A stretch of DNA of 64,000 nt from a virus (lineage: Duplodnaviria; Caudoviricetes): IMG/VR virus record IMGVR_UViG_2595698902_000001, positions 216,539 through 280,538 of that record; one strand, 5' to 3'. A program made the position numbers and the translations under genes. Below the pieces are notes generated by a model, which was given only the letters and a program-made list of their open reading frames with translations, was not told the DNA's origin and did not search any database. Numbering within the stretch: the first letter of the stretch is position 1; each line of letters begins with the position of its first letter. This document shows positions 27,473 to 36,874 of this stretch, piece by piece.

Positions 27473-27961
27473 TTAGGCTTCGGCGTGGTCTTCGTCTTCG
27501 GCCAGTGCTTCGGCTTCGTCCGCTACAACGCCCGCGATTTGCGCACGCAATACAGCCTGATACTGGTGCGGCGCCATTTGCTTTGCCAGTTCATCGTTGA
27601 TTTCAAACCATTCACGGCGGCGCAATTGGAACTCTTCCCAAGGCACGTTAGAAAGGAACGACGCACGGAAATAAACTTCGCGCTGAATTTTTGCCGGTTG
27701 GGTATCGGTTGCCTCGTATTGCAGAACCTCGTCATATACGGATTCGTGCAAGGTAACAGCCATACCCGCTTCCTCGCGCATTTCTTTCTGCGCGTTTTCC
27801 TCATGGGTCAGATTTGGTTCCAAACCGCCTTTCGGCAAAACCCACAGGCCGGGGAATTTAAGCGAAGTAACCAGCAGCACTTTCTTTTTGTCGTCGCTCA
27901 GCAGCGCAACGCCGGTAGCGATACGGATGTAGTTTTTGATTTTAGCGATAGAAACGTTCAT
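27473..27961 (-). CDS. Nudix hydrolase (DIPP/ApnA-hydrolase-like)
   Basis: WVLPKGGLEPNLTHEENAQKEMREEAGM; C-terminal WEE...RRREW. Confidence 0.9.
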   Translation of the reverse strand: MNVSIAKIKNYIRIATGVALLSDDKKKVLLVTSLKFPGLWVLPKGGLEPNLTHEENAQKEMREEAGMAVTLHESVYDEVLQYEATDTQPAKIQREVYFRASFLSNVPWEEFQLRRREWFEINDELAKQMAPHQYQAVLRAQIAGVVADEAEALAEDEDHAEA

Positions 27962-27985
27962 AGGTCAATGCCTCTTCTGTAGTGA

Positions 27986-28756
27986 TTAGTTTGCGGAGAA
28001 ATCAAGCGGAGACAAGCCACCGATATGATCGGTCAAGTCGTCTTTAAAGCTTTGGCACAGCGCCCTGTAGACACCGAACGGCAACATAAACGAGATTTCA
28101 AAATCGATGCAACGCACAAAGAATTTAAAGCTCCCCCACGGGCTGGGGAAACTCACTTCATACTGAATATCCAGAATGTCAGAATCTTGCACGACGCGGT
28201 AACTGATTGGCGCACGCGCTAACCGCTGGGCGCCGGACGTGTGGCGCACGTTCATCAGCAGGTTTTCCATTGCGTGAGAATACAGCATAGCCATAGGCAT
28301 TCCGTTGAGAATGTCAGAGCGCTGCATTCCCTGCAAACCGATTGCGCATTGCGGCTTAACCCAAACGTCGTGGTAATAACGCAACGTATTGAGCAGAGTG
28401 GCAAGGCCCAACAGATCGTGCATGGACAATTCATCAGTGGCTTTTGCGTATTGCGTGATGCAGGTCATGCCCGGACCGTGACGCAACCAACCAAAGCCAT
28501 TTTTAAACAACGTTTCGCGCTGCACGTCGCTGATTCGTTTCCAGTCAAACGCAGCAGCGTTCAACGGCATACCGGACAGCGAACGGCCACCATCGCGGAT
28601 ATGCTTTTCGAGCAGAGTTGCAATAACGAATTCCCCGTGCGGGAATTTTTCCATCGCAGCGTACATGTAGAAACCTGAAACCTGTGTGTTCAGGCAGGCG
28701 TCCAGATCGAAAGAAACATTAATAGATGGAATCGCATATTGCAGAGTAATGTTCAC
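27986..28756 (-). CDS. hypothetical protein
   Basis: 256 aa ORF. Confidence 0.7.
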   Translation of the reverse strand: MNITLQYAIPSINVSFDLDACLNTQVSGFYMYAAMEKFPHGEFVIATLLEKHIRDGGRSLSGMPLNAAAFDWKRISDVQRETLFKNGFGWLRHGPGMTCITQYAKATDELSMHDLLGLATLLNTLRYYHDVWVKPQCAIGLQGMQRSDILNGMPMAMLYSHAMENLLMNVRHTSGAQRLARAPISYRVVQDSDILDIQYEVSFPSPWGSFKFFVRCIDFEISFMLPFGVYRALCQSFKDDLTDHIGGLSPLDFSAN

Positions 28757-29127
28757 AGCAGTCCCCGTTCTTCCAGAATTGATAGTGCGGCTTCGCGTGC
28801 AACGTGATCGATTTGTTGCGCACGTTTTGTCTTCTTTGCAGCTTTTAATTTTTCACGCCGGGAACGCATCATACGGTCATGCACCAACATGCCCGCAACC
28901 CAACCTGCACCGGCCCCGAAACAGCCGAACAACGCAAGGTAAGGATTTTCAGTTTTCAACGCAGCGGATGCCAGCGTAAGAGTCACCAGCAACTCACACG
29001 CAGACATTGCAGCACCGCCAATAAACGACAAGGTTTTATGACCACCTGCTACGCTTTTGTTTTGGATGCCGCGTAGAAAAGTCGTCACAAACAAAACAGA
29101 CGCTGTTGTGAGGACCGTTTGAATCAT
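28753..29127 (-). CDS. 3-TM membrane protein, paralog of 52143-52412
   Basis: F..FL.G.Q.K.V motif and three TM segments. Confidence 0.7.
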   Translation of the reverse strand: MIQTVLTTASVLFVTTFLRGIQNKSVAGGHKTLSFIGGAAMSACELLVTLTLASAALKTENPYLALFGCFGAGAGWVAGMLVHDRMMRSRREKLKAAKKTKRAQQIDHVAREAALSILEERGLL

Positions 29128-29477
29128 TTCGGTGGCCTCTCGTCTTCATATGTCGTATTCAATTCGCCGTTTGCTTTTCGAGCGTTGTACAGCTTATTGA
29201 GGTAATCCCGTTGAACCGGTGCGCAGGTTGTACCATCGTCGCCAATGCTGTAACAGGCTAAATTGGTGTCGGCGTCAAAGCAGCGCGTAACACTGATTTG
29301 ATTTGCGATGTAAGTATCACACATGATTGGCATGATTACTTTTGCGGCCTCAGCTTCTTGCGCTTCGCGCTCAGCTTCGGAAATGCCGCGTGCGTCTGCT
29401 TTTGGTGGCGCGCTAATCAGCAAGGCAGCACCAATAACCAGCAGAGGGAGCCAGTGTTTTTCAATGAACTTGTGCAT
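29124..29477 (-). CDS. secreted or membrane-anchored protein
   Basis: N-terminal hydrophobic segment; FDADTNLACY. Confidence 0.7.
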   Translation of the reverse strand: MHKFIEKHWLPLLVIGAALLISAPPKADARGISEAEREAQEAEAAKVIMPIMCDTYIANQISVTRCFDADTNLACYSIGDDGTTCAPVQRDYLNKLYNARKANGELNTTYEDERPPK

Positions 29478-29793
29478 TCGCTTTTTCCTCGGGCAGCATG
29501 TAGCGGGCGCGGCTAATCGTTTTCACTTCGTCACAATCCATAATGCGCTGGCTGGCGCCGTTGGGATTGGTGCGCACCGAGTACAGATAGCAAATTTTGT
29601 TGAAGTCGGGATCGTAGTAGCGCATCACGGTTCCACTCGGGGAATCCACGATAATTTCCATCGGCAACATTTCTTTGTTGCGGATAATCTCGGACGAACG
29701 CTTTTCCAGTTCGCCAGTAATGGTCGCTTCTTTGTTGCAGCCCGCTACGGACAGCAGGGCAACGGTAATCAGTAGTGCTCTTCGGATTATCAT
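29461..29793 (-). CDS. putative lipoprotein
   Basis: Lipobox VAGC; YDPDFNKICY. Confidence 0.7.
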   Translation of the reverse strand: MIIRRALLITVALLSVAGCNKEATITGELEKRSSEIIRNKEMLPMEIIVDSPSGTVMRYYDPDFNKICYLYSVRTNPNGASQRIMDCDEVKTISRARYMLPEEKANAQVH

Positions 29794-30263
29794 TCTTTCT
29801 CTTCCTCTTCCTTGCGCAAAATTGCGGATTCCAACAGGTCAAAAAATTGGTCTACACTGTCGGCAAATTTGTGGGCTTCATACGGCGAATTGTAGCGCGT
29901 CGCTAGCGACAATCCCCACGGGCGCCCAGCCTCTTCCAAATCCAGCATGTTCGGGATCAAGCGGACGAAATAAAATCCACGGTCCCAATATACCCGCGTC
30001 CATTTACTTTCTGGACGGCTATGCAGCAAGCGCGGCATTTCAGGCAGCTTGGAAACATCGCCGGTCACACCCATCATTTCAGCGGTGTATTTTCCGATGG
30101 TTGTTACGTGCAATTCCGGCACGGTTTCCATGTACGCTTTTGCCACACGGTTGCAGCAAGGCGTAGTAAACGTTGGTTCTGCGTATTCCTTTAACGGCGT
30201 GTTGCAGTAGGGGCACCAAATCGGATCGGGGCCGAGTACCGCAAAAAGTTGTTGATTTTCCAT
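29790..30263 (-). CDS. Zn-ribbon-containing hypothetical protein
   Basis: CPYC...CC. Confidence 0.65.
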   Translation of the reverse strand: MENQQLFAVLGPDPIWCPYCNTPLKEYAEPTFTTPCCNRVAKAYMETVPELHVTTIGKYTAEMMGVTGDVSKLPEMPRLLHSRPESKWTRVYWDRGFYFVRLIPNMLDLEEAGRPWGLSLATRYNSPYEAHKFADSVDQFFDLLESAILRKEEEEKE

Positions 30264-30278
30264 GTCAAGTCTCGGTGA

Positions 30279-31079
30279 TTATTCGTCTTCTTCCAGTATG
30301 GATAGAGCGTGTTTCAGTGCTGGCTCAACCAGCGGTTGGATTCGTTCGGCACAGCGCTTCAAAAACTCTGGCGATAGTGCGGTTTCTTTTACGGTGCGCT
30401 GGCCTCGCATAATGTCGATGATTGCATCCGCGCCTTCGTTGGCGCCGCGTGTGGAATGCGCACGCAAACCAAAGTCTTCCAGCGTTGGCGTAACGGTGCC
30501 ATTTTCAACAACGAAAGAGATAACGCATTTTACTGCGTCGTCACAGTGCTCGCCGCCGTACATGGACGATTTGAAACGCAGATAAGGGAACGCCTCAGCC
30601 AGCGCAAGCAAATCTTCATAATACGATTGCGTACTCGGGTAGCTGCCACGCGAATTGTCGCAGTAGAAAATTTTACCTTCGGGGCTACAGAAACCGTAAG
30701 CGCCATGCAGGTAAGACGAAGCGGCCCAAGTGTTGTGGATGCACTCGAACGAACAAAAGCCAAGCGCATCACGAATGTATTTTTGCGCGTGGTATTTCAA
30801 AAAGAAAACTACGCCTTCGTGGTCGTGCTTGTTAGCAGCCTTGACGATTGCGTCCATACCGCTTTGCTTGTGGATCAAAGCGCGTAGCTGGGTAAAGCGA
30901 CGGCTCATCGGTTCGGAAATTCCGGTGATGAATTTGTCGGTACGCAGGATGATATCCAGCGCCTGCTCTTCGGTTACGCTGTCACCGACAATCATGATTT
31001 GCGGCCACTTCGGCAAACCTAGATCAGCCATTTCTTTCGGCAGCTGCGGGAACAGCTTTTCTTCTTCCTTATCTTCCAT
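30279..31079 (-). CDS. hypothetical phage protein
   Basis: 266 aa ORF, LPKWPQ..G..VT.EQA..II.RTD. Confidence 0.75.
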   Translation of the reverse strand: MEDKEEEKLFPQLPKEMADLGLPKWPQIMIVGDSVTEEQALDIILRTDKFITGISEPMSRRFTQLRALIHKQSGMDAIVKAANKHDHEGVVFFLKYHAQKYIRDALGFCSFECIHNTWAASSYLHGAYGFCSPEGKIFYCDNSRGSYPSTQSYYEDLLALAEAFPYLRFKSSMYGGEHCDDAVKCVISFVVENGTVTPTLEDFGLRAHSTRGANEGADAIIDIMRGQRTVKETALSPEFLKRCAERIQPLVEPALKHALSILEEDE

Positions 31080-31090
31080 TTACAGATTCC

Positions 31091-31333
31091 TCAGCAGGAC
31101 ACGTTTAGGGAGCGGACGTATTGAACGTTACCGCAATTAGGGCAGACGTGACGGTAACGCATACCACGCGGAACAACCATACCCGTTGGCGGGTTGTGGC
31201 TGTAGCTGGTGCATGGATTGTATTGCGCGTATTCAGGATCAGGCTCAAAACCAGAAACAGATTTGTGATCGAAATCTTCTGGCAATTCCATACCGTTAAG
31301 CGCAGCAAACAAAATCGGATCGGAGGTGTACAT
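31091..31333 (-). CDS. small Zn-ribbon protein
   Basis: C...SHNPP..MV....Y.HVCPNCG. Confidence 0.7.
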   Translation of the reverse strand: MYTSDPILFAALNGMELPEDFDHKSVSGFEPDPEYAQYNPCTSYSHNPPTGMVVPRGMRYRHVCPNCGNVQYVRSLNVSC

Positions 31334-31887
31334 TAAAAGCCCTCGGATTTTTCGACCAAAACTCTTACGTCTTCCTCGCCCGGTTCGGCGCCCATGCAGG
31401 TAATCCAACCGAGGGGAGAAACGCTACTTTTCAGGCCCATACCGATTGCCACTTTTTCACCCAGCTGCATAGCCTCGCCTAAAGTCAACCAGCGGTGCAA
31501 AACTTCGCGGCGAGTTTCCACATTGTCCACGTCGTAAACAATGCTGACTTTCCATTTTTCTCTGGAGGCTTGCAGATCAACCAGAACGCCGTGGCGTTGT
31601 GCAATTTCTGCCGCCAGTTGTGCGTAGATTGGATGGTTTTCCGGGTAGCGGTCCATGTAGTCGTATTGGTGCATACGCATACGCTGCTCCAGCGCAAACA
31701 ATTCATCCTCTTTGTCACGAATGTAATTGATTGCTTGCTCAACGTTTTTGAACTGGCCACCACAGCCGGGCAGGAAACGCCCGCCGTGCCGCTCGCGCTC
31801 CATTTGCTCAAGTTCTTGCTTACGGTCATTAACACGTTTGTGCAGCGCGTTGTAAATGGCGATCAGGTCGCTTTTCAGCATTAGCAT
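31333..31887 (-). CDS. hypothetical protein
   Basis: Coiled-coil-like N-terminus. Confidence 0.65.
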   Translation of the reverse strand: MLMLKSDLIAIYNALHKRVNDRKQELEQMERERHGGRFLPGCGGQFKNVEQAINYIRDKEDELFALEQRMRMHQYDYMDRYPENHPIYAQLAAEIAQRHGVLVDLQASREKWKVSIVYDVDNVETRREVLHRWLTLGEAMQLGEKVAIGMGLKSSVSPLGWITCMGAEPGEEDVRVLVEKSEGF

Positions 31888-31990
31888 TTTTTGGCCTTCG
31901 GTTTGTACACGTATTTCTTTTTGACCAGCGCCCACACCAGAACGGCAGCAGGCAGCAGGGACACGACAAATACCAGCGCAGCAATCGCAG

Positions 31991-32317
31991 TCATTTTGCT
32001 TTCTTCTTTTTCTTTACAGGTTTCGTGTTGATCGGCTCTTCTTCGACTTCCAGTTCATCGTCATCTGCGAAGTCTTCTGGCGGAGTAACCATGAATTTCA
32101 TTTCACAACCGAGCGCACCTGCGAAAATAATCAGGCGAGAAAGCGCAACTTGGCGCCCGGTAATGATGTTGTGTACGTCGGCCTTGTTGACCGCGAACTG
32201 GCGTTGCAGCTCTTCGATTGGCAAATTGCGTTTTGCCAGCTCCGATTTTACTGCTTGGCGCAAAGACGAATCGATTTCTTCAATGGCAACACGGCCACGC
32301 TCTTCGCACGGGTGCAT
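31991..32317 (-). CDS. XRE-family HTH DNA-binding protein
   Basis: LPIEELQRQFAVNKADVHNIITGRQVALSRLIIFAGALG. Confidence 0.75.
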   Translation of the reverse strand: MHPCEERGRVAIEEIDSSLRQAVKSELAKRNLPIEELQRQFAVNKADVHNIITGRQVALSRLIIFAGALGCEMKFMVTPPEDFADDDELEVEEEPINTKPVKKKKKAK

Positions 32318-32682
32318 TAGACGGCCTCAGTGCGAACGTAAACGGAGTGACCTTGGTTGGTTTTACGGGTCAGTTTGTACGGAACTTTTTCAGTGCGAGC
32401 CTTGCGCGCCAAGCGACGGCCCAGCATCTTTTTCATCATAGGTTCCAGTTGTTCGCCATCGGTCAGGGCGCTAACCGTGAACTCTTCACCGACCGGCAAA
32501 CCGTCAATCTGTTTTACCAGTTCATTAAAACGCGAAGTAACCGGGCAAGTTTCTTTCAGCTCTTCGGTATTCAGGCCCAACCACATGTATTGCACGATAG
32601 CCTGTTCCAGCTTTTCACCGCCAGTTGCTACGACCAGTTTGTGCAGCAGGTCGTCGGGTACATCGATCAGAATTTTAGGCAT
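32317..32682 (-). CDS. putative ribbon-helix-helix DNA-binding protein
   Basis: N-terminal KILIDVPDDLLHKL. Confidence 0.55.
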   Translation of the reverse strand: MPKILIDVPDDLLHKLVVATGGEKLEQAIVQYMWLGLNTEELKETCPVTSRFNELVKQIDGLPVGEEFTVSALTDGEQLEPMMKKMLGRRLARKARTEKVPYKLTRKTNQGHSVYVRTEAV

Positions 32683-33109
32683 TGCTTTTTCCTTGGAGGT
32701 CTTTGATTAGTTCGCTGCGCACTTGTTGCTCGATGTTTTCGCCGGTCAGCCAGCGGAAAGCTTCCAGCACTTTCGTAAATTCATCCAGCAATTCGTTGAT
32801 CGAAACGACGACGTTTTGGAAGGGTTCTTTGTCGAACAACAGCTGCGGCGGTCGGGGCTGTACGTAGATGGTATTCGGCTCTACAAACGCATCGCGCTCG
32901 GTGTAGACTAGCGAATAATTACCGAGGCCTTCCAACAGGCCGCGCTGCATCTGCACAATTTCTTTTTGCAGAAACTCGACGTAGTGCCTGCGCTCGGAGA
33001 AAGTCAGCGATGAAAGCTTACGTTTTCCTTCGCGGCATTCTCGCACCGCTTCGTCAAGCATTGCACGATCTAAAAGGCTAGGCACGTTTACGGGACTCCA
33101 CAGGAACAT
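32675..33109 (-). CDS. hypothetical protein
   Basis: 144 aa ORF. Confidence 0.65.
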   Translation of the reverse strand: MFLWSPVNVPSLLDRAMLDEAVRECREGKRKLSSLTFSERRHYVEFLQKEIVQMQRGLLEGLGNYSLVYTERDAFVEPNTIYVQPRPPQLLFDKEPFQNVVVSINELLDEFTKVLEAFRWLTGENIEQQVRSELIKDLQGKSNA

Positions 33110-33605
33110 GCGCGTTTTTCTGTACCGTCATTGGTACGCCTTTGGTCTTCATACTCGGGCCTTTCTTGGCTTTCGGTTTCGGACCTTTTTTCGCTTCGGC
33201 ATTCGCTTTTGCTGGCGCTTTGAGAACCTTTTTCTTCGGTGGCGACAACTCGGTTTCGCGCAGAATCAATTCGATCAGTGCCAGTGGGCGCGGGTGAATC
33301 ACTACGGCTTCCATAACAACGGCGGTTTCTACATAAACTTTCTGCTCGCCGTTTTGATCGGGCAGCGCTTCGGAATCGTAGACCGGAGTACGCGTGCAAT
33401 TTTGCAGCATTCCCCAAGCGGCGCGACGCACAGCTTTGTCGGTGCCGTGAATACGCGCAGCCATCATGCAAACAACCAGCGCATGGAAGTAATCACGCGG
33501 CTGTTTTTTCTCGGTCTTCGGGAACAGAATAAAGTGAACCCAAATGCGCAACGGGGAGCGGGGAAACGGCGCGTTCGGCACCATAGAATTACCCATGTAC
33601 TTCAT
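33078..33605 (-). CDS. hypothetical protein with Lys-rich tail
   Basis: 175 aa ORF. Confidence 0.65.
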   Translation of the reverse strand: MKYMGNSMVPNAPFPRSPLRIWVHFILFPKTEKKQPRDYFHALVVCMMAARIHGTDKAVRRAAWGMLQNCTRTPVYDSEALPDQNGEQKVYVETAVVMEAVVIHPRPLALIELILRETELSPPKKKVLKAPAKANAEAKKGPKPKAKKGPSMKTKGVPMTVQKNAHVPVESRKRA

Positions 33606-33618
33606 TACTACTCTTCCT

Positions 33619-34017
33619 TCAATTTACCGGCATTTTGTGGGACCAGAGCGGCCCGGTGTACTGCGGCAGGTACGGGATCAGGCGCCACAGACGTTGTTCA
33701 ACATCGAACCCGGCATTTTTGACTTCTTCCAGACGATCTACGTGCTCCACGAAAATGCAGCGCGCCCACGCTTTCATGTCGGTGGGGATACGGAAATACG
33801 GGCTTTCGCCTTCGCGCACTTTTACTTGAGCACGCAGAATCTGATACGGCACAGGGTTTACTGCGATTTCTTCCAGATAAAACGTGGACACGAAACGAGG
33901 CAGGAACTGGCGGTCTTCGTCGTAAACCAAACCACACGAACGTGCGAGCTTTTCCATGCAAACTTGTTGGCTGAAAACGAAAACAAGATTTACGCTTTTG
34001 AGGTCTGCCGGACTCAT
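33619..34017 (-). CDS. hypothetical protein
   Basis: 132 aa ORF. Confidence 0.65.
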   Translation of the reverse strand: MSPADLKSVNLVFVFSQQVCMEKLARSCGLVYDEDRQFLPRFVSTFYLEEIAVNPVPYQILRAQVKVREGESPYFRIPTDMKAWARCIFVEHVDRLEEVKNAGFDVEQRLWRLIPYLPQYTGPLWSHKMPVN

Positions 34018-34589
34018 GCTTGTTGCTCCGTCAAAGTGTGCAGCAAACCAGCAGCTTTCAGCTTGCGGATTTCGCCAAGGGATTTTCCGTATTTCGCTGC
34101 CAGTTCTTTTACCGTGCCTTCCGGCGCTGGCGCGTGCTGGCTGTTGAATTGCTCGCGCTGTTGCTGGGCCGCACGTTCTTTGCGTTGCACGTCAGCCCGC
34201 ACGGTATCGCGCCAATCCTGCATTTTCATGATGGTAGGCTTTTCCGGCTGGCGCATCAGCGCAGTCACCATCTGTATCATTTCTTCATTGATAAAAGGCA
34301 TGAGCGCTTTTGCCTGTTTGATACGATGTTCCTGCGCCCAGTCTTTCGCTTCCTGAATCAGGCTGTTGTAAATGTCGCTGAAAATTTCGCCAGCGTCTTC
34401 CATCGAATTCAGATCGACCAAACGACCATTCAGCGACCAGAAAATCGCCATGCGAATTTCCATGTCGAATTGGCCGCTCAGCAGCTCGCGGGTGAACTGG
34501 AATTGCTTTTCGTAGCTGTCCAGATAAAGCTTGTAGCCAATGCGGGTACGTTGTTCTACGGTGAATTCTTCTGCCAGTGGAGATTTCAT
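34014..34589 (-). CDS. hypothetical protein with C-terminal HTH-like motif
   Basis: TVKELAAKYGKSLGEIRKLK; start MKSPL. Confidence 0.65.
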   Translation of the reverse strand: MKSPLAEEFTVEQRTRIGYKLYLDSYEKQFQFTRELLSGQFDMEIRMAIFWSLNGRLVDLNSMEDAGEIFSDIYNSLIQEAKDWAQEHRIKQAKALMPFINEEMIQMVTALMRQPEKPTIMKMQDWRDTVRADVQRKERAAQQQREQFNSQHAPAPEGTVKELAAKYGKSLGEIRKLKAAGLLHTLTEQQA

Positions 34590-34924
34590 TTGATTTCCTG
34601 AATGTTGTGCAGCGAGCCTTGCGCCGAACCGTTGAACATGTCTTTCACTTCGACAAACAGCAGGGTGTAGGCGCGGTCGCCACACAGCACAGGCGGCGCA
34701 TAGATAACGTGCGAAACTTTGTCGCCGTTTTCGTTGTTCAAAGTGACAACGTGTGTGGCTTCATCGAACATGTGGTGCTTGGCGATTTCGCGTTGCTCTT
34801 CGATCCACTTGCTTTTGCTGCGATGTTCGTCCGCGTTGCTATGGCGAACACTCAGGATTTTCTTACGCAGGTTTTCGTGGCGCTCCCACGCGGCAGTAGG
34901 GATCACAGAAATACGTTTAATCAC
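34586..34924 (-). CDS. hypothetical protein
   Basis: 112 aa ORF. Confidence 0.65.
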   Translation of the reverse strand: MIKRISVIPTAAWERHENLRKKILSVRHSNADEHRSKSKWIEEQREIAKHHMFDEATHVVTLNNENGDKVSHVIYAPPVLCGDRAYTLLFVEVKDMFNGSAQGSLHNIQEIK

Positions 34925-35337
34925 TTTGACAGCTCTCCGATGCTTTTAATGTCATAGATGAAATAGTCCGGTTCGTGCTGCAACCGGGGGTCACACATTT
35001 TGTAGATATGCGGCAGCATTTCAGGGCGACGCAGAATAGGCGGCACCTGAATAGCCATTGCGTACAGGAATTGCTGTTCGCGCACGTTGTCATCGTCGTC
35101 CAAAAGATTCCGATAAATTTCGACAACGTGTGTCGCGTTAGCGAAGGCGGCGAACTTGTTTTTCAGCACGGCGCTAGCTTCGTCCACCTTGCTTTGCAAA
35201 TCCTTTTTATTTCCGCCAGTCAGCCGCACATGAACCAGCGCACCGCTGTAAGAGGAAAACGCAAAGAGCGTGGCTTTGTAGTCGTCATAAAACTTAGGCG
35301 TCAGGTCGCCCAAGAAAATAATACCAGCGAATGCCAT
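34921..35337 (-). CDS. hypothetical protein
   Basis: 138 aa ORF. Confidence 0.65.
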   Translation of the reverse strand: MAFAGIIFLGDLTPKFYDDYKATLFAFSSYSGALVHVRLTGGNKKDLQSKVDEASAVLKNKFAAFANATHVVEIYRNLLDDDDNVREQQFLYAMAIQVPPILRRPEMLPHIYKMCDPRLQHEPDYFIYDIKSIGELSK

Positions 35338-35341
35338 AGCG

Positions 35342-35566
35342 TCACCTGTAGTTGTAAATCAGCAGGCCGGTCATGCAGATCGAGATAAGAACAATCACGA
35401 CGTTAAGCGCAACGCGCAGCACACGATTGTCGCTCTTTTCCACGTAACCGAGGATGGTCGAAGCCACTAGGAAGATCAGCAGCATTCCCAATACAAGCGA
35501 AGAGGTAGAGAGGGCAGTTACGCCCTCCCTTGCAGCTTCGCCGTTTTTCAAAATGATAACGGACAT
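35342..35566 (-). CDS. small two-TM membrane protein
   Basis: Two hydrophobic segments. Confidence 0.6.
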   Translation of the reverse strand: MSVIILKNGEAAREGVTALSTSSLVLGMLLIFLVASTILGYVEKSDNRVLRVALNVVIVLISICMTGLLIYNYR

Positions 35567-35764
35567 TTTATTTAACGTTTACCCATTCTTTCAAATCAGC
35601 AATCCACATTTTCGTATTCTTTGGCGTCATGCGGATTGCTACACCTTGTTTGTAGACACACCAACCGCCCTTGGAGAAATTCACCAGCCAAGGGGAAGTG
35701 CTGGACGCCCGCACATACAGCAAACGAGTTTTATCACGCGCCATTGTGTGAGCCTCCGTCGTTT

Positions 35765-36283
35765 TTACGTTCCTGTTTGTTCATGTTGTCTCCGAGTTTT
35801 CAGCACCGGGCCAACACGATGGGTATGCCCTTGCCACGCGAAGCGGTTGCCAATGTACAGGCGTTTACGCATACGCGGCGACGTGGGGATTTCGTGCTGG
35901 CCGTTGTTTACCAGTGTGCAATTGATGAAGTCTACGGCCTTCTGCATGTCAGAGAAAAACTTGCGCGTAGACACGACTTGATATTGTGTAATCTCGACAC
36001 AAAAATCACGGTGTTCGTATTTGCCGATCCGTTCCGTTACGCTGATTTCTTTGTCGAAGTCGGAACAGTCGATTTTGATTCGGTGACTGATGTGCGGGAC
36101 ACGCCCGCGCTCTTTGAACGTCGTGACTGCTACCGGACGGGGCGTGGTGCCAGCGTCCATTTTCATACAGAGCAACTGCGCTGTTTTAACGAATTCCGAT
36201 TTGTAACGTGAGTCGAACACGGCACGCAACCATGCGAAGCGTACAGGTTCCTTTTTCATTTCCGTAGCCAGAACAATCGCCAT
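35765..36283 (-). CDS. hypothetical protein
   Basis: 172 aa ORF. Confidence 0.65.
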   Translation of the reverse strand: MAIVLATEMKKEPVRFAWLRAVFDSRYKSEFVKTAQLLCMKMDAGTTPRPVAVTTFKERGRVPHISHRIKIDCSDFDKEISVTERIGKYEHRDFCVEITQYQVVSTRKFFSDMQKAVDFINCTLVNNGQHEIPTSPRMRKRLYIGNRFAWQGHTHRVGPVLKTRRQHEQTGT

Positions 36284-36289
36284 GTCTTA

Positions 36290-36874
36290 TTACTCATTTA
36301 CAGATTTGAGATTTTTCGTGTAGTGGTATTCAACCAGACTCATATCGTCATCCGGCTTCATACCCTTCAAATTACGCGCATAGCCGTAACGCTCCAACGC
36401 TGCGCGCAATACTTCATTGCCGACCAGCTCAACGTGCAACCCAACAAAACCCATTTCTTTTGCTACCGTTTCGAGGTGGCGCAGGAAGGCGCGGAAATGG
36501 CCTTTGCCTCGTTGCTTGTAAGCGGTGGAAACGTTGGCGATGGTTACGCCCGGTTCCCATTCGTGCAGCGCATGGTTGAACGTGGGACCGGCGCGCAGGT
36601 AAACGCGCAATTCGCCACAGAGGAATTCAACCGAACGCGGGAATTTGGAATCAACTTGACGCACCAGAAATGCGGCAATGTTTGAAAAATCGGTGAGAAA
36701 ATCCTGCTTTCGTTTCAGGTCCATGTTTTTGTAGTCTGTCGAGAAGCCGTGCTCATGTTCGCGGGTGTCCATCCTCTGCCTCAACTTCTTGTTTTTACTT
36801 GTACCTTGTGGAGAGGCGGGAGGTTTTAATTCCCGCCTCGGTTTTATTACTTGGCGAACAGTTGCACGCCGCAA
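36290..36874 (-). CDS. GNAT-fold acetyltransferase
   Basis: IANVST..KQRGKGHFRAFL motif A; V.N..L...LERYGY motif B. Confidence 0.7.
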   Translation of the reverse strand: MRRATVRQVIKPRRELKPPASPQGTSKNKKLRQRMDTREHEHGFSTDYKNMDLKRKQDFLTDFSNIAAFLVRQVDSKFPRSVEFLCGELRVYLRAGPTFNHALHEWEPGVTIANVSTAYKQRGKGHFRAFLRHLETVAKEMGFVGLHVELVGNEVLRAALERYGYARNLKGMKPDDDMSLVEYHYTKNLKSVNE

